A DNA stretch of 64,000 nucleotides, from positions 96,001 through 160,000 of the forward strand of contig CAVVMW010000019.1 in NCBI GenBank assembly GCA_963749495.1. The letters run 5' to 3'. Shown here in pieces: positions 52,555-63,389 of the stretch. Under the pieces are notes generated by a model. The model ran no database searches. It had not been told where the DNA came from and was given only the letters and a program-made list of their open reading frames with translations. The first letter of the stretch is position 1, and every line of letters begins with the position of its first letter. The position numbers and the translations under genes are program-made. This stretch comes from an uncultured bacterium (GTDB taxonomy: Bacteria; Verrucomicrobiota; Verrucomicrobiia; Limisphaerales; UBA8199).

Positions 52555-53337
52555 TCAGACGAGTATGCCGGCGCCACCGTTGATGACCAAGGTATGGCCA
52601 ACAATGCCGGCGGCTGCCTCAGAACAAAGAAACTGGGCAGCGTACGCGACTTCGTCCGCACTCACCAAACGACCCGCCGGTGTCCGCTGAATGGCCGCCG
52701 CCAGCCGCGCCTCACTGTCCGGGATGACCGTCCAGGCATCCGTGAGCACCGCCCCGGCCGCGAGAATATTCACGCGGATCCCTGCGGGCGCCAATTCGAC
52801 CGCCATATGTCGTGCCAGGGATTCCAGCGCGCCTTTGGATGAACCGACTAAAGAATACGTTGGTGAGGCGCGTGTGGCGCCCGCGGAACTCATGGCTATC
52901 ACACTCGCCCGGTCGGCAAAACTCTCGAGGAGGATTTTGACCAACTCAAAAAACGCGCGGACGTTCAGGGCAAATGTCCAATCCATGTGGCGCGTCGTGA
53001 GTTCTCTAAAGGGCCGATGAACCCCTGTGGCGGCACAATGGACCAAACCCGCCAAACGAGTGTTGGAATCCTGGACCGCCCGGCGGACAGCGCTTAGTCC
53101 GTTTGGCTGGGTGAGATCCGCCCGACATAACGTAATCGCCAAACCTTCTCCGGAGGCCAGGGCCGACATTTCCTCAGCCGCTTGATTGTTGCGGATGTAA
53201 TTGGCGACCACTTTCGCCCCAGCGCGCGCAAACCGCAACGAAATCGCCCGCCCAATGCCCCGTGTGCCCCCCGTTACCAGGATGGTTTTGCCGTCTAAAG
53301 AAAACAACTCGTTCGGGGCTGCTTTCGAGTGAATCAT
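52555..53337 (-). CDS. Intact FabL-like SDR (enoyl-ACP reductase type), paralog of the IS-split gene
   Basis: VTGGTRGIGRAIS, HCAATG, YSLVGSSK (Y-x6-K) and GIRVN. Confidence 0.85.
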   Translation of the reverse strand: MIHSKAAPNELFSLDGKTILVTGGTRGIGRAISLRFARAGAKVVANYIRNNQAAEEMSALASGEGLAITLCRADLTQPNGLSAVRRAVQDSNTRLAGLVHCAATGVHRPFRELTTRHMDWTFALNVRAFFELVKILLESFADRASVIAMSSAGATRASPTYSLVGSSKGALESLARHMAVELAPAGIRVNILAAGAVLTDAWTVIPDSEARLAAAIQRTPAGRLVSADEVAYAAQFLCSEAAAGIVGHTLVINGGAGILV

Positions 53338-53529
53338 TTTGTCTGCCGCGACACATTCCATAATGCTATGATCAACCGTGAACCTGTCGGTTCCGTCAGG
53401 CCAGTGACAGTAAGCAATAATCAGCAAATCTGCAAGACTCAAAAAGGCGGCGGGTATTCCGCGGTTCCTCCCTCTGTTACGGCTTTTCGACACTCGACAC
53501 CCAACCCTTAGAACACTATGCGTGCAACT

Positions 53530-55214
53530 ATGTCTGAAACAAAACACTCACTGAGTCCGGCCGGCGAGCCGTTTCCGCTGCCATCACGGGAGGATTCTGC
53601 CGGGGAATTGGCCCGCCTGGAGGCCCTGGCCAAGAAGGCGCGGGCGGAGGGCAAAGAGGTGGTGGTGGTGATGGGGCTGGGGTTTGTGGGGGCCGTCATG
53701 GCGGCGATTGTGGCGGATTCGCGCGACCAGCAGGGGCGGCGGAACAAGCTCGTCATCGGTTGCCAACGGCCCAGCACGCGCAGTTTCTGGAAGATCCCGC
53801 TGCTCAACCGGGGCCAGTCGCCGGTCAAGGCCGAAGACCCGGAGGTGGATGTGCTCATCCGGCGCTGCGTCCTGGAGAACAAGACCCTCACGGCGACCTA
53901 CAACAGCGATTGCCTGGGCCTGGCCGATTGCGTGGTGGTGGACGTGCAGTGCGATTACATCAAGCGGGACTTGGGCAAGATGCGGACGGGGGAGGCGGAC
54001 ATGGCGGCGCTGGAGGCCACGTTGCGCACGATTGGCGAGAGGATCCGCCCAAGTGCCTGGTGCTCATCGAGACCACCGTGGCGCCGGGCACGACCGAGTT
54101 CGTGGCCTGGCCCATTCTCAAGAAGGCCTTTGCCAAGCGCGGCGTGGCTTGCGAGCCGCTCCTGGCCCACAGCTTCGAGCGGGTCATGCCGGGCAAGGAA
54201 TACGTCTCCAGCATCCGGGATTTCTGGCGCGTCTGCGCCGGGTGCAACCCCGAGGCGCGCGCGCGCGTCGAGAAATTCCTGCGCGAGGTCCTCAACACCC
54301 GGGAGTTCCCGCTCACGATTATGGACCGGCCGATCGAGTCGGAGACGACGAAGATCGTCGAGAACTCGTATCGCGCCACGATCCTGGCCTTTCTGAATGA
54401 ATGGAGCCTGTTTGCCGAGCGCAACGGGGTGGACCTGATCAAGGTCATCCAGGCGATCAAGATGCGGCCCACGCACAACAACATCATCTTCCCCGGTCCG
54501 GGCATCGGCGGCTACTGCCTGCCCAAGGACGGCGGGTTGGGCTACTGGGCCTACCGCCACATCCTGGGGTTCGAGGACGGCGACGAGGTGTTCCGCATCA
54601 CGCCGACGGCGATAGATGTGAACGACACGCGGGGCCTGCACGTGGCGGAGTTGGCCCGCGACGCCCTGCGGAACATGGGCCGTTACATCGCCGGGGCGGA
54701 GATACTCATTTGCGGGGTCAGCTACCGGCAGGACGTGGGCGACACCCGCTATAGCGGCAGCGAGATCGTCGTGCGCAAACTCACGGAGATGGGCGCCGAG
54801 GTGCGCGTCCACGACCCTTACGTCGAGCACTGGTATGAGCTGGAGAACCAGGACGAATACCCGGTCAAGGGCCTTTCGTGGGAGCGGTTTTTCCGCAACC
54901 AATCCGAGCTGATGCAGGTGCGGGTGCAGCCGGACCTGGCGGCGGCGTTGAGCGGGGTGGAGGCCCTCATCCTGGCCGTCCCGCACGCCCCTTACCTCAA
55001 GCTCTCACCCGATGAGGTGGTGAACTGGGCTGGCGGCCCGCTGGCGGTCGTGGATTGCTACGGGATTTTGACCGACGAGAAGATCCGGCGCTACTTCGAG
55101 TTGGGCTGCGAAGTCAAGGGCCTCGGGCGCGGGCATGTGCAGAGGATCAAGGAGGAAGTCAGAAGTCAGAAGCCAGAGGCCGGAGGACGGAAGCCAGAGG
55201 CCAGAGGCCAGTAG
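53530..55214 (+). CDS. UDP-glucose/GDP-mannose dehydrogenase family (1-nt deletion near 54045)
   Basis: GLGFVG, IETTVAPGTT, ERVMPG, TKIVENSYR and GPGIGGYCLPKD. Adding one C gives IGERIPPKCL. Confidence 0.9.
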
Positions 55215-55290
55215 TCCGTGGTCGTGTAGTCCTGTGGTCCTGTAGCCCGTGGTCTCTGCCTTTGGCCTTTAGCCTTTAGCCTTTAGCCTT
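55158..55290. repeat. Heptamer/octamer short tandem repeat patch
   Basis: GTCAGAA/GCCAGAG ~x8, TAGTCCTG-like units and CTTTAGC x3-4. Confidence 0.8.
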
Positions 55291-55294
55291 TCTT

Positions 55295-56566
55295 ATGGCT
55301 TCCCGCTCCCAGCGGTCCGCGCTGTTGTTCGCTGCGGCGTCGCTGTGGTCGTTCGAGGCGGCGGCGCAGGAGGTTCTGGCGCCGCCGCCGATCGACTACT
55401 CCGGCGCGGCCGCAATGCCGCGCTCCGCCATTTCTACCGGCCAACTGGGCCCGCTCACGCCCGCCATGGCCGCCGCCGCCGCCATTGCCGGCGAGCCCCC
55501 GCTCTGGTCGTGGGGCCCCATCAACCTGCGCGGGCACCTGCTCTACCGTTTGCTGTATGGCGACGGCTTCCCATCCGCGCCCGGGCAGAATTACAAGACC
55601 GTCATCAACGAGGTGGATCCCGGGGTCTTGTTCGAACTGGGCCCCCATTGGACGCTCGATTACACGCCCTCCCTCCGGTTCTACTCGAACCAGCATTTCC
55701 AGGACACCACCGACCATGCCGTGCGGCTGAACGGCGCGACCACCTACGAAGACTGGAGCCTGGGGCTCTCGCAAGGTTACGCTACCAGCTCCCAGCCTCT
55801 CTACGAGACCGGCGCGCCAACCGAATACGAGAGTTACTCGACCACAGCCAACGCCGCCTATCAGATCAACACCAAGACCTCGCTGGAACTGGGCCTGAGC
55901 CAGAGCTTTCAGTTCGTGGGCCAGAACCAGCCGGGGCAGGCCCTGACGGACTCCCGCGTGTGGTCCACCATGGACTGGCTGAACTACCAGTTTTGGCCCA
56001 GGTTCGGTGCCGGTGTGGGGGCCAGCTTCGGGTACATCAACATGGGCTTCGGCCCGGACATGACCTTCGAGCAAGCCCAGGGCCGGATCAATTGGCAGGC
56101 AACCGACAAAGTGAGCCTTATGCTCAGCGGCGGCCTTGATGACCGGCAATTCCTCAATTCCACGACGCCTGCTTTGCTCAACCCGATCTTCATGGCGTCG
56201 GCCCTCTACAAGCCCTTCGAATCCACCACGCTCTCGCTGAATGCGGGCCGGATGGTAAGTCCGTCCCTTCTCCAAGGGTTGGTCGCTGAAAGCACCACGG
56301 TCAGCGGCGGCATCAACCAGCGGTTCTTCAGAAAGCTCAACCTGAGTCTCACCACCGGGTACACCGTCGTTTCCTACGAACTGAGCTTCGCCGGCTCGAA
56401 CTTGAGCCGCGAGGATGACCTCACCTTCGCCAACGTTCGGCTGAGCGCGCCCTTCCGAAAGCGCGGCACGGTGGCCATCTTTTACCAAGCCAGTGAAAAT
56501 TCCTCCACTCAAGCGCGGTACAAGCTCTTCGAGCACCCAGGTCGGCTTCGAGCTGGGGTACCGGTT
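55295..56566 (+). CDS. Outer-membrane beta-barrel protein of exosortase/EPS loci (3' end disturbed)
   Basis: Signal peptide and amphipathic aromatic strands. A shifted frame near 56520 gives STQVGFELGYRF, a typical beta-signal. The called ORF runs on to 56710. Confidence 0.7.
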
Positions 56567-56581
56567 TCAGGAAGCACACCT

Positions 56582-56643
56582 CCCCTCACCCAGCCTGCTG
56601 GCCACCCCTCTCTCCATCGGATGGGGAGGGTTGGGGTGAGGGG
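56582..56643. repeat. REP-like palindrome
   Basis: CCCCTCACCC ... GGGTGAGGGG outer stem with inner CCATC-G-GATGG. Confidence 0.7.
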
Positions 56644-56719
56644 CCGCCGGGTCGGACCTGTCGGACTAGCCGGACGGGTCGGACGGCATGCACCCGGTTC
56701 AAATTCCTGACACCTCTCC

Positions 56720-57673
56720 ATGAGCAACCGCCAACTCCTTGATTCACTGAACAGTCTTCCCCAGGCCGCGGCCCAGTCGCTCCCGGCGCCCGGCATTCGG
56801 GTGCCGGCCGACTTTCCCGGGCGGCTGAGAATCTTCGCGGCGCTTGCGGCAGTCCTGGTTGCCGGGTTCGCCGCGCCCCTCTGGTCTCTGGTCCGGTACG
56901 CCGCGCACAGCGATCTCTATTCCCATATTCTCCTCATCCCCTTTGTCAGCCTCTACCTGGTCTGGTTGAAGAAACGCGACCTGGCTCTGGATTCGAAGCC
57001 CCCGCACGGTCTGGCTGTCATCCCGCTCCTGGCGGGGGCGGGCGCCCTGGCCCTCTATTGGCTGGCCGGGCAAGCCGGCTGGCAGCCGGCCCGGGACGAT
57101 TATCTGGCGCTCATGATGCTCGCCCTGCTGTCGTTTTTGCTGGCCGGGGCGATGCTGACGTTTGGCGCCGGGACGCTGCGCCGGCTCGCCTTTCCGCTCT
57201 CCTTTCTCGTCTTCGCGATTCCATTTCCCACGGTCGTCCTGAGATGGATTGTGGCCTGCCTGCAGCACGGCTCGGCGGATGCGGCGCATGCCTTTCTGTG
57301 GCTCGCGGGCATGCCGCTCGTGCGCGACGGGTTGGTGTTCGGCCTGCCGGGGTTTCCCTTGGAAGTCCGCCCGCAATGCTGCGGCATCCATTCCACCCTG
57401 GTGCTGTTCATCACGAGCCTGCTGGCGGGGTATCTCTTTCTGCGATCGCCCGTCCGCCGGAGCGTGTTGGCCCTGGCGGTCATCCCGCTGGCCCTGCTCC
57501 GGAACGGGTTCCGCATCTTTGTCATCGGCGAACTCATCGTGAACGTGAGCCCGGAGATGATCAACTCTCCCATCCACCGCCACGGCGGCCCGCTCTTTTT
57601 TGCCTTGTCCCTCATTCCGTTCTTTGCGCTGTTGCTGCTGCTGCGAAGGTCAGAGAACCGAAAAAAGATATGA
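56720..57673 (+). CDS. Exosortase (XrtC/VPDSG-CTERM-type likely)
   Basis: YSHILLIP, FAIPFP, EVRPQCCGIHS (Cys), RNGFRI (Arg) and IHRHGG (His), with about 8 TM segments. Confidence 0.88.
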   Translation: MSNRQLLDSLNSLPQAAAQSLPAPGIRVPADFPGRLRIFAALAAVLVAGFAAPLWSLVRYAAHSDLYSHILLIPFVSLYLVWLKKRDLALDSKPPHGLAVIPLLAGAGALALYWLAGQAGWQPARDDYLALMMLALLSFLLAGAMLTFGAGTLRRLAFPLSFLVFAIPFPTVVLRWIVACLQHGSADAAHAFLWLAGMPLVRDGLVFGLPGFPLEVRPQCCGIHSTLVLFITSLLAGYLFLRSPVRRSVLALAVIPLALLRNGFRIFVIGELIVNVSPEMINSPIHRHGGPLFFALSLIPFFALLLLLRRSENRKKI

Positions 57674-60600
57674 CCACCTTCGGCCGATACCTGCAGGCAT
57701 TCCTGATATTCATCCTGGTGGCCGGGGGCGCCGGTTGCACCAAGGGCATCAAAGCCGCCCGCCACCTGGCGCAGGGCAACAAAGACTTCCTGGCGGAGCG
57801 ATACGACCGCGCGGAGATCGAGTACTTGAACGTGCTCAAGGTGGCCCCGATGACGCCGGCGGCCATCAGCCGGCTGGGCTTGATTTATCATGCCGAGGGC
57901 AAGCTGCCGCAGGCTTTGGTGTGCTTGCGGGAGGCCGTCAAGCTGGAACCGGAAAACACCGAGGCCCGGCTCAAGCTGGGGCTCACCTGCATGTCCTTGC
58001 GCCAACTGAAGGAGGCGCGCCAGGCGGCGATGGAGGTCCTGCAGAAACAACCCACGAACGAGGAGGCGCTGATATTGCTGGCCGAGTCGGCCGCCACGAC
58101 GAACGAAGTGCGGGAGACCTGGCAGCGGGTCGAGGCCCTGCCTTCGCCCGCCAAGGACAAGGCCGCGTATCACCTCGCCCGGGGGACCCTCTATGGCCGC
58201 CAGCAGGACCTCAACAAGGCCGAGGCCGAGTTCAAGCAGGCCCTGGCCAAAAACCCAAAGTCCAGCGTCGCCTATATGGCCCTGAGCACGCTCTACCTGA
58301 TGCGCAACGACCTGAAGCAAGCCGAACCCGCCCTCAAGGCCGCAGCCGAACTCGCGCCCCTGCGTTCGACCAGGAGGCTGAGATATGCCGAGTTCAAGCT
58401 CCAGCACGGGGCCGACGGCGAAGCCAAGAAAGCCGTGGAAGAACTCACCAGGAAGGTCCCCGATTATATCCCGGCCTGGTTGTTCTTGGCAGAGACTGCG
58501 TTCGCCCAATGGAAAACCGAAGACTGCGCAGCCCTCATCAAGCGTGTCCTGGCGCGCGACCCCGTGAATTATGACGCCCTCATGCTCGACGGCAGGGTGT
58601 CGCTGGCGCAAGGCCAGGCGACCAACGCCATCATCCAGTTCAAGCGGGTTGCCGCACTCTATTCCGGACCGCATCCCCAAGTGGACCTTCAGCTTGCGCT
58701 CGCCCATTTGCTCGACAAGGACTCAACCAAGGCCATAGCCAGCCTGAACCAGGCGATAGCGGCTGCTCCCGATTACTCCGAGGCCATCCTGCTGCTGGCC
58801 GAACTCAATATCCGCAAGGGCGACCCCGCCCCGGCCGTTGCCTCCCTGACGCAGTTGATCAAGAAGCAGCCCCAGCTCCCCCAGGCCCATTTGGGCCTCG
58901 CCAACGCCTACCTGCTCCAAAGGAACCCGGATGAGGCGGTGGCGGTGCTTCGCCGGATGATGGCCTTGTTTCCGAAGAACCATGATGTCCCCTTCCTAAT
59001 GGGAATCGTCCTGACCCAGCAAAAGAAGCAGGCCGAGGCCCGCCAGGCCTTCGAAAAGGCGCTCGAAGATGTCCCCGGATTACTTCCCGGCGCTTGAAAA
59101 ACTGGTGGACCTGGACCTGCTGGATAAGCAATACGCGGCGGCGGCGGACCGCGTCACCCAGGCGATGGGAAAGTACCCCAAGGCCCCCGAGCCCTGGCTG
59201 CTGTCGGCCAAGATCCACCTCGAGCAATCCATGGGCTATGTCTCCGAGGAACTGGACAAGAACCCGGGCGCAGTCCGGCCGAAGATCAAGCTCTCCCAGG
59301 TCCCCGCCGCCCAGGCGGACGTGAGCCAGGCCGAGGCCGCCCTCAAGAAGGCCATCGAACTCAATCCCGATGTCCGAATCGCCTACCTGATGCTCGCCCA
59401 GCTTTATGTGGCGTCCGACAAGCAACAGCAGGCCCTGGACCGGCTGAACGGCTACCTGGCCAAGACCAACGACGTGGTCGCGCTGATGCTCGTCGGGATG
59501 ATCCACGACGAATCGAAGAACTATCCCGCCGCCCGGGATGCCTACGAGCGGCTGCTCAAGGTCAATCCCAGGTTCAGCCCCGCCCTCAACAACCTGGCCT
59601 ATTTGTGCTTTGCGCGTTTCGGGCAGCTCGACAAGGCCTACGAATTGGCCGAGCAGGCCCATCAACTCCAGCCCGCAGACCCTTATAGCGCCGACACGCT
59701 GGGATGGATCCTTTACCAGAAGGGTGAATACACCCGCTGCTTGGGGTTCTTTCAGGAGAGCGCGGCCAAATTGCCCGCAGACACCGAAATCCAGTTCCAC
59801 CTCGGCATGGCCCACTACATGATGGGCGAGGAAGAGCCTGCCCGCCTCGCGCTCGAGCTGGCAATTCAACCGGGCAAGGACTTCCCGGAAAAGGCGGAGG
59901 CCCCCCGGCGCCTGGCGCTGCTGGCTCTCGATGCGAAGACCGCCAATGCGGCGGTCCTGGCCGACCTGGAACAGTGGCTGCAAAAAACACCCAACGACCC
60001 AGTCGCTCTCAGCCGGTTGGGGGCTATCCAGGAACGGGACGGTGCCCTCGACAAGGCCGTTCAGACCTATCAAACCGCCCTCAGACACACTCCGCAGAAC
60101 ATCCAGGTCATGCTCCGCCTCGCCCAGCTTTACGCCAACCGCCTGAAAGACCCGCAGCGGGCCATGGAGCTTATCAAGAGCGCCCATACTCGCGCGCCGG
60201 AAGATGCCCGCGTCTCTCATCTGCTGGGCCGGTTGGTCTTCCAGCAGGGCGATTATCAATGGGCCTCGAGCTTGCTCGAGGAAAGCTCCCGCAAACTTCC
60301 CAGCGACCCCGAGGTCTCCTACGACCTGGCGTGGTCTCGATACAGCCTCGGACGCGTAGCCGAGGCTGAGGCCGCGATGGCGGCCGCCGCCAAAGCCGGC
60401 CCTGCGTTCACCCAGGCCCAGGAGGCCAAACGCTTCCTGGACCTGGGTGTTGCTTCCAGAAACCCAGCCCTGGCGGAACAGGCCGCCGCCCAAGCGCGGC
60501 AGATCCTCAGCGCCGAACCAAACTACGTTCCCGCCCTGATGGTCTGCGCCGTGGTTGAGGAGCAGCACCGCAAATACAAGGAGGCGGGCCAGTTATACGG

Positions 60601-60982
60601 CCGCATTCTGGCTCGCTATCCGCAGTTCGCCCTGGCGTCCAGGAATCTCGCCATGCTCTGCTGTGCGCAACTGGGCGATGACCAGAAGGCTTACACCCTG
60701 GCCGTCAAGGCCCGCGAGGCCCTCCCGCAGGATGCGGACCTCGCCAAGACGCTGGGAGTGCTGGCCTACCACCGGGGCGATTACGCCCGCTCGGCGCAAC
60801 TCCTCAAGGAAACCGCGCTGAAACGAAACAACGACGCCGAGGCCTTTTATTACCTTGGCATGGCCCACCACCGCCTCAAAGAGCCGAAGGACGGCAAGGC
60901 AGCGCTCCAGCGGGCGCTGGCCCTGAATGTCCAACCCAAATTCGCCGAGGAAGCCAGGAAGGTGCTCGCGGAGCTGAAGTGA
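57670..60982 (+). CDS. PrsT-like multi-TPR lipoprotein (1-nt frameshift near 59067)
   Basis: Lipobox-like VAGGAGC, many TPRs and ALNNLAY..ADTLGWILY. The halves join at ALE-MSPDY. Confidence 0.85.
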
Positions 60983-61002
60983 CGGCCAAGGGGCGAGGGA
61001 AG

Positions 61003-61165
61003 AGTCCACAGTCCACAGTCCACAGTCTGCGGACCACAGGACTACTGACCACTGGACCACAGGATCCCTAGTCCCGTAGTCCCGTAGTCTCGTAGTCCGT
61101 CATTCGTCATTCGTCATTCGCCCCTCGCCCCTCGCACTCACGTTTCCCGTTTCCCGTTTCACGCA
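61003..61165. repeat. Composite short tandem repeat patch
   Basis: GTCCACA x3, GACCACT-like units, TAGTCCCG ~x4, TCATTCG x3, CCCCTCG x2 and TTTCCCG x2-3. Confidence 0.85.
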
Positions 61166-61166
61166 G

Positions 61167-63270
61167 ATGGACACCGCCGTCATACTCGCCTTTACCAGCG
61201 CCCTTTTCGCAGGCGTGATGGCCCTGGCCGCCGCCTTCTGCGAGCGGCGCTCGATTCCCCGCCGGCTCTTTGCGGCGGGCATGGCCGTTCTGGCGATCGA
61301 GAGCCTCTTCTCTGGTCTCACGGCCGATGCGCTCGTGCTGGAGGACGTTGTTCTGTTGGCAGAACTGGCGGCTCTTGACCATGTCCTTCCTGCCCGCGAT
61401 ATGGCTGCTCTTCAGCCTGAGCTACTCGCGAGGCAACGCGCGCGAGTTTCTGGCGAAATGGCGGTGGGTCATTGCGGCTGCGTTCCTCCTGCCGGTTGGT
61501 TTGGCCGTCGTCTGCCGGCGGCACCTGATCGTGTCCATCAGCCAGACCCAAACGGGCCAGCAATGGGTTGTGGGCCTGGGCACTCCCGGGGTTGCCTTGA
61601 ACCTCCTGTTCCTGCTCGGGGTCCTCCTGGTGATAATGAACCTGGAGCGCACATTCCGGACCGCGGTCGGAACGATGCGCTGGCGCATCAAGTTCATGGT
61701 CCTGGGCCTGGCGGCCTTGTTCGCCGTGCGGGCCTACACCGCCACCCAGGCCCTTCTGTTCCGCGCCGCCTACCTCCCGCTCCAAACCATCAACTCCGTG
61801 GCCCTGCTTGTGGCGTGCCTGCTGATCCTGCGCTCGCTCCTGCGCACCGGGCATTTCGATGTCAGCGTCTATCCCTCTCCTGCCGTCCTCCACAACTCCC
61901 TGACCGTGCTGCTGGCCGGCGTTTACCTGGTCGTGGTCGGGGGCTTTGCCAAGGTGGTGACCTTCCTGGGCAGCGGCGCGGGTTTTCAGCTCAAGGCCTT
62001 CGTCATCTTCGTCGCGCTGGTGTTGCTGGCGATGCTGCTCCTCTCCGACAATGTCCGGCTCCACTTGAAGCGTTTTGTCAGCCGCAACTTTCAAAGGCCC
62101 TTGTACGACTATCGCTCCGTGTGGCGGACCTTCACCGAAGGGACCGCCCGCCGCGTCGAACAAACCGAGTTGTGTCATACGCTCGTCAAGCTGGTTTCCG
62201 AGGTGTTCCAGGCCCTCTCCGTGTCCATCTGGCTGGTCGATGAGCGCCGAGAAAACCTGGTATTCGCCGCCTCGACCTCCCTTTCCCAGGCCAAGGCCGC
62301 CCAACTGAAGCTGGACCCTGCGGATGCCGCTCAGGTCATCGCCGCCTTGAGCGGCCAGGCCGAGCCTGTCGACCTCGACGCCTCGAAGGAGATTTGGGCC
62401 TCCGCCCTCAGGCGCTCTCACCCGGAGGAATTCCACTGCGCCGGGAACCGGGTCTGCGTGCCGCTGGTTGCCGGCGGCGAACTGCTGGGCTTGATGCTGC
62501 TGGGGGACCGGGTGGGCGACGCGCCCCTTTCGCTCCAGGATTTTGACCTGCTTCAATCCGTGGGCGACCAGGCGGCCAACAGCCTCTTGAACATTCAATT
62601 GTCTCAAAGGCTGGCGCAGGGCAAGCAACTGGAGGCCTTCCAGGCCATGTCGGCGTTCTTCGTTCACGACCTCAAGAACACCGCCTCCACCCTCTCCCTG
62701 ATGCTCAAGAATCTGCCGGTGCATTACCAGGATCCGATGTTCCGGGAGGATGCCTTGCGCGGCATTTCCAAGACCATCACCCATATCAACGACCTGGTCG
62801 GCCGGCTGGGACTCTTGCGCCATGACCTCGCCATCCACCCCGTCGAATCCGACCTGAACGAAATCGTGGCCCAGGCGCTCCAGGGCTGGCCGGAGGCGCC
62901 CGGGGTTGAATTGGCTTCCGAGCTTCGCCCCCTGCCCAAAGTCCTTGCTGACCCGGCGCAGATTCAAAAGGTCGTCACCAACCTCGTGCTCAACGCCCGC
63001 GACGCTTTGGGCGCGTCGGGCCGGATCTTCGTGGAAACCAGCCGGCGAAATGGCTGGGTGGTTGTCGCCGTGGCCGATAACGGCTGCGGCATGACCCCTG
63101 AGTTCATCGAGCGCTCCCTCTTTCGCCCCTTCCAGACCACCAAAAAAAATGGCCTCGGCATCGGCATGTTCCACTGCAAGACCATCGTCGAGGCGCACCG
63201 CGGCCGAATCGAAGTCCAAAGCGAACCGGGTAAAGGCACCACCTTCCGCGTGTTGTTGCCGCGGCCATAG
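61167..63270 (+). CDS. prsK: PEP-CTERM system histidine kinase (1-nt frameshift near 61355)
   Basis: Multi-TM N-terminus, GAF domain, FQAMSAFFVHDLKN, NL..NA, DNGCGM, FRPFQTTK and GLGIG. Confidence 0.88.
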
Positions 63271-63389
63271 CCGCCCCGTGCAGAAGGCGACAAAGAACAC
63301 AAAGCCAGGAGCTCGCAGACAAAACTTCCCTTCCTTGGTGTCCTTCGTTAGCTTGTGTTCAAGTCAGTTTTTCAAGACAAGCCGCTTTC

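Noticed and set aside
6900..61400. Programmed frameshifting or phase variation at the indel sites
   Set aside because: Runs are only 2-4 nt, lack slippery heptamers and are scattered across unrelated genes.
53955..63300. Long minus-strand ORFs (53955-54986, 55283-56536, 57100-58707, 58859-60568, 61318-63300)
   Set aside because: Antisense shadows of high-GC3 genes with no motifs. The same applies to 41349-42521 on + opposite the transposase.
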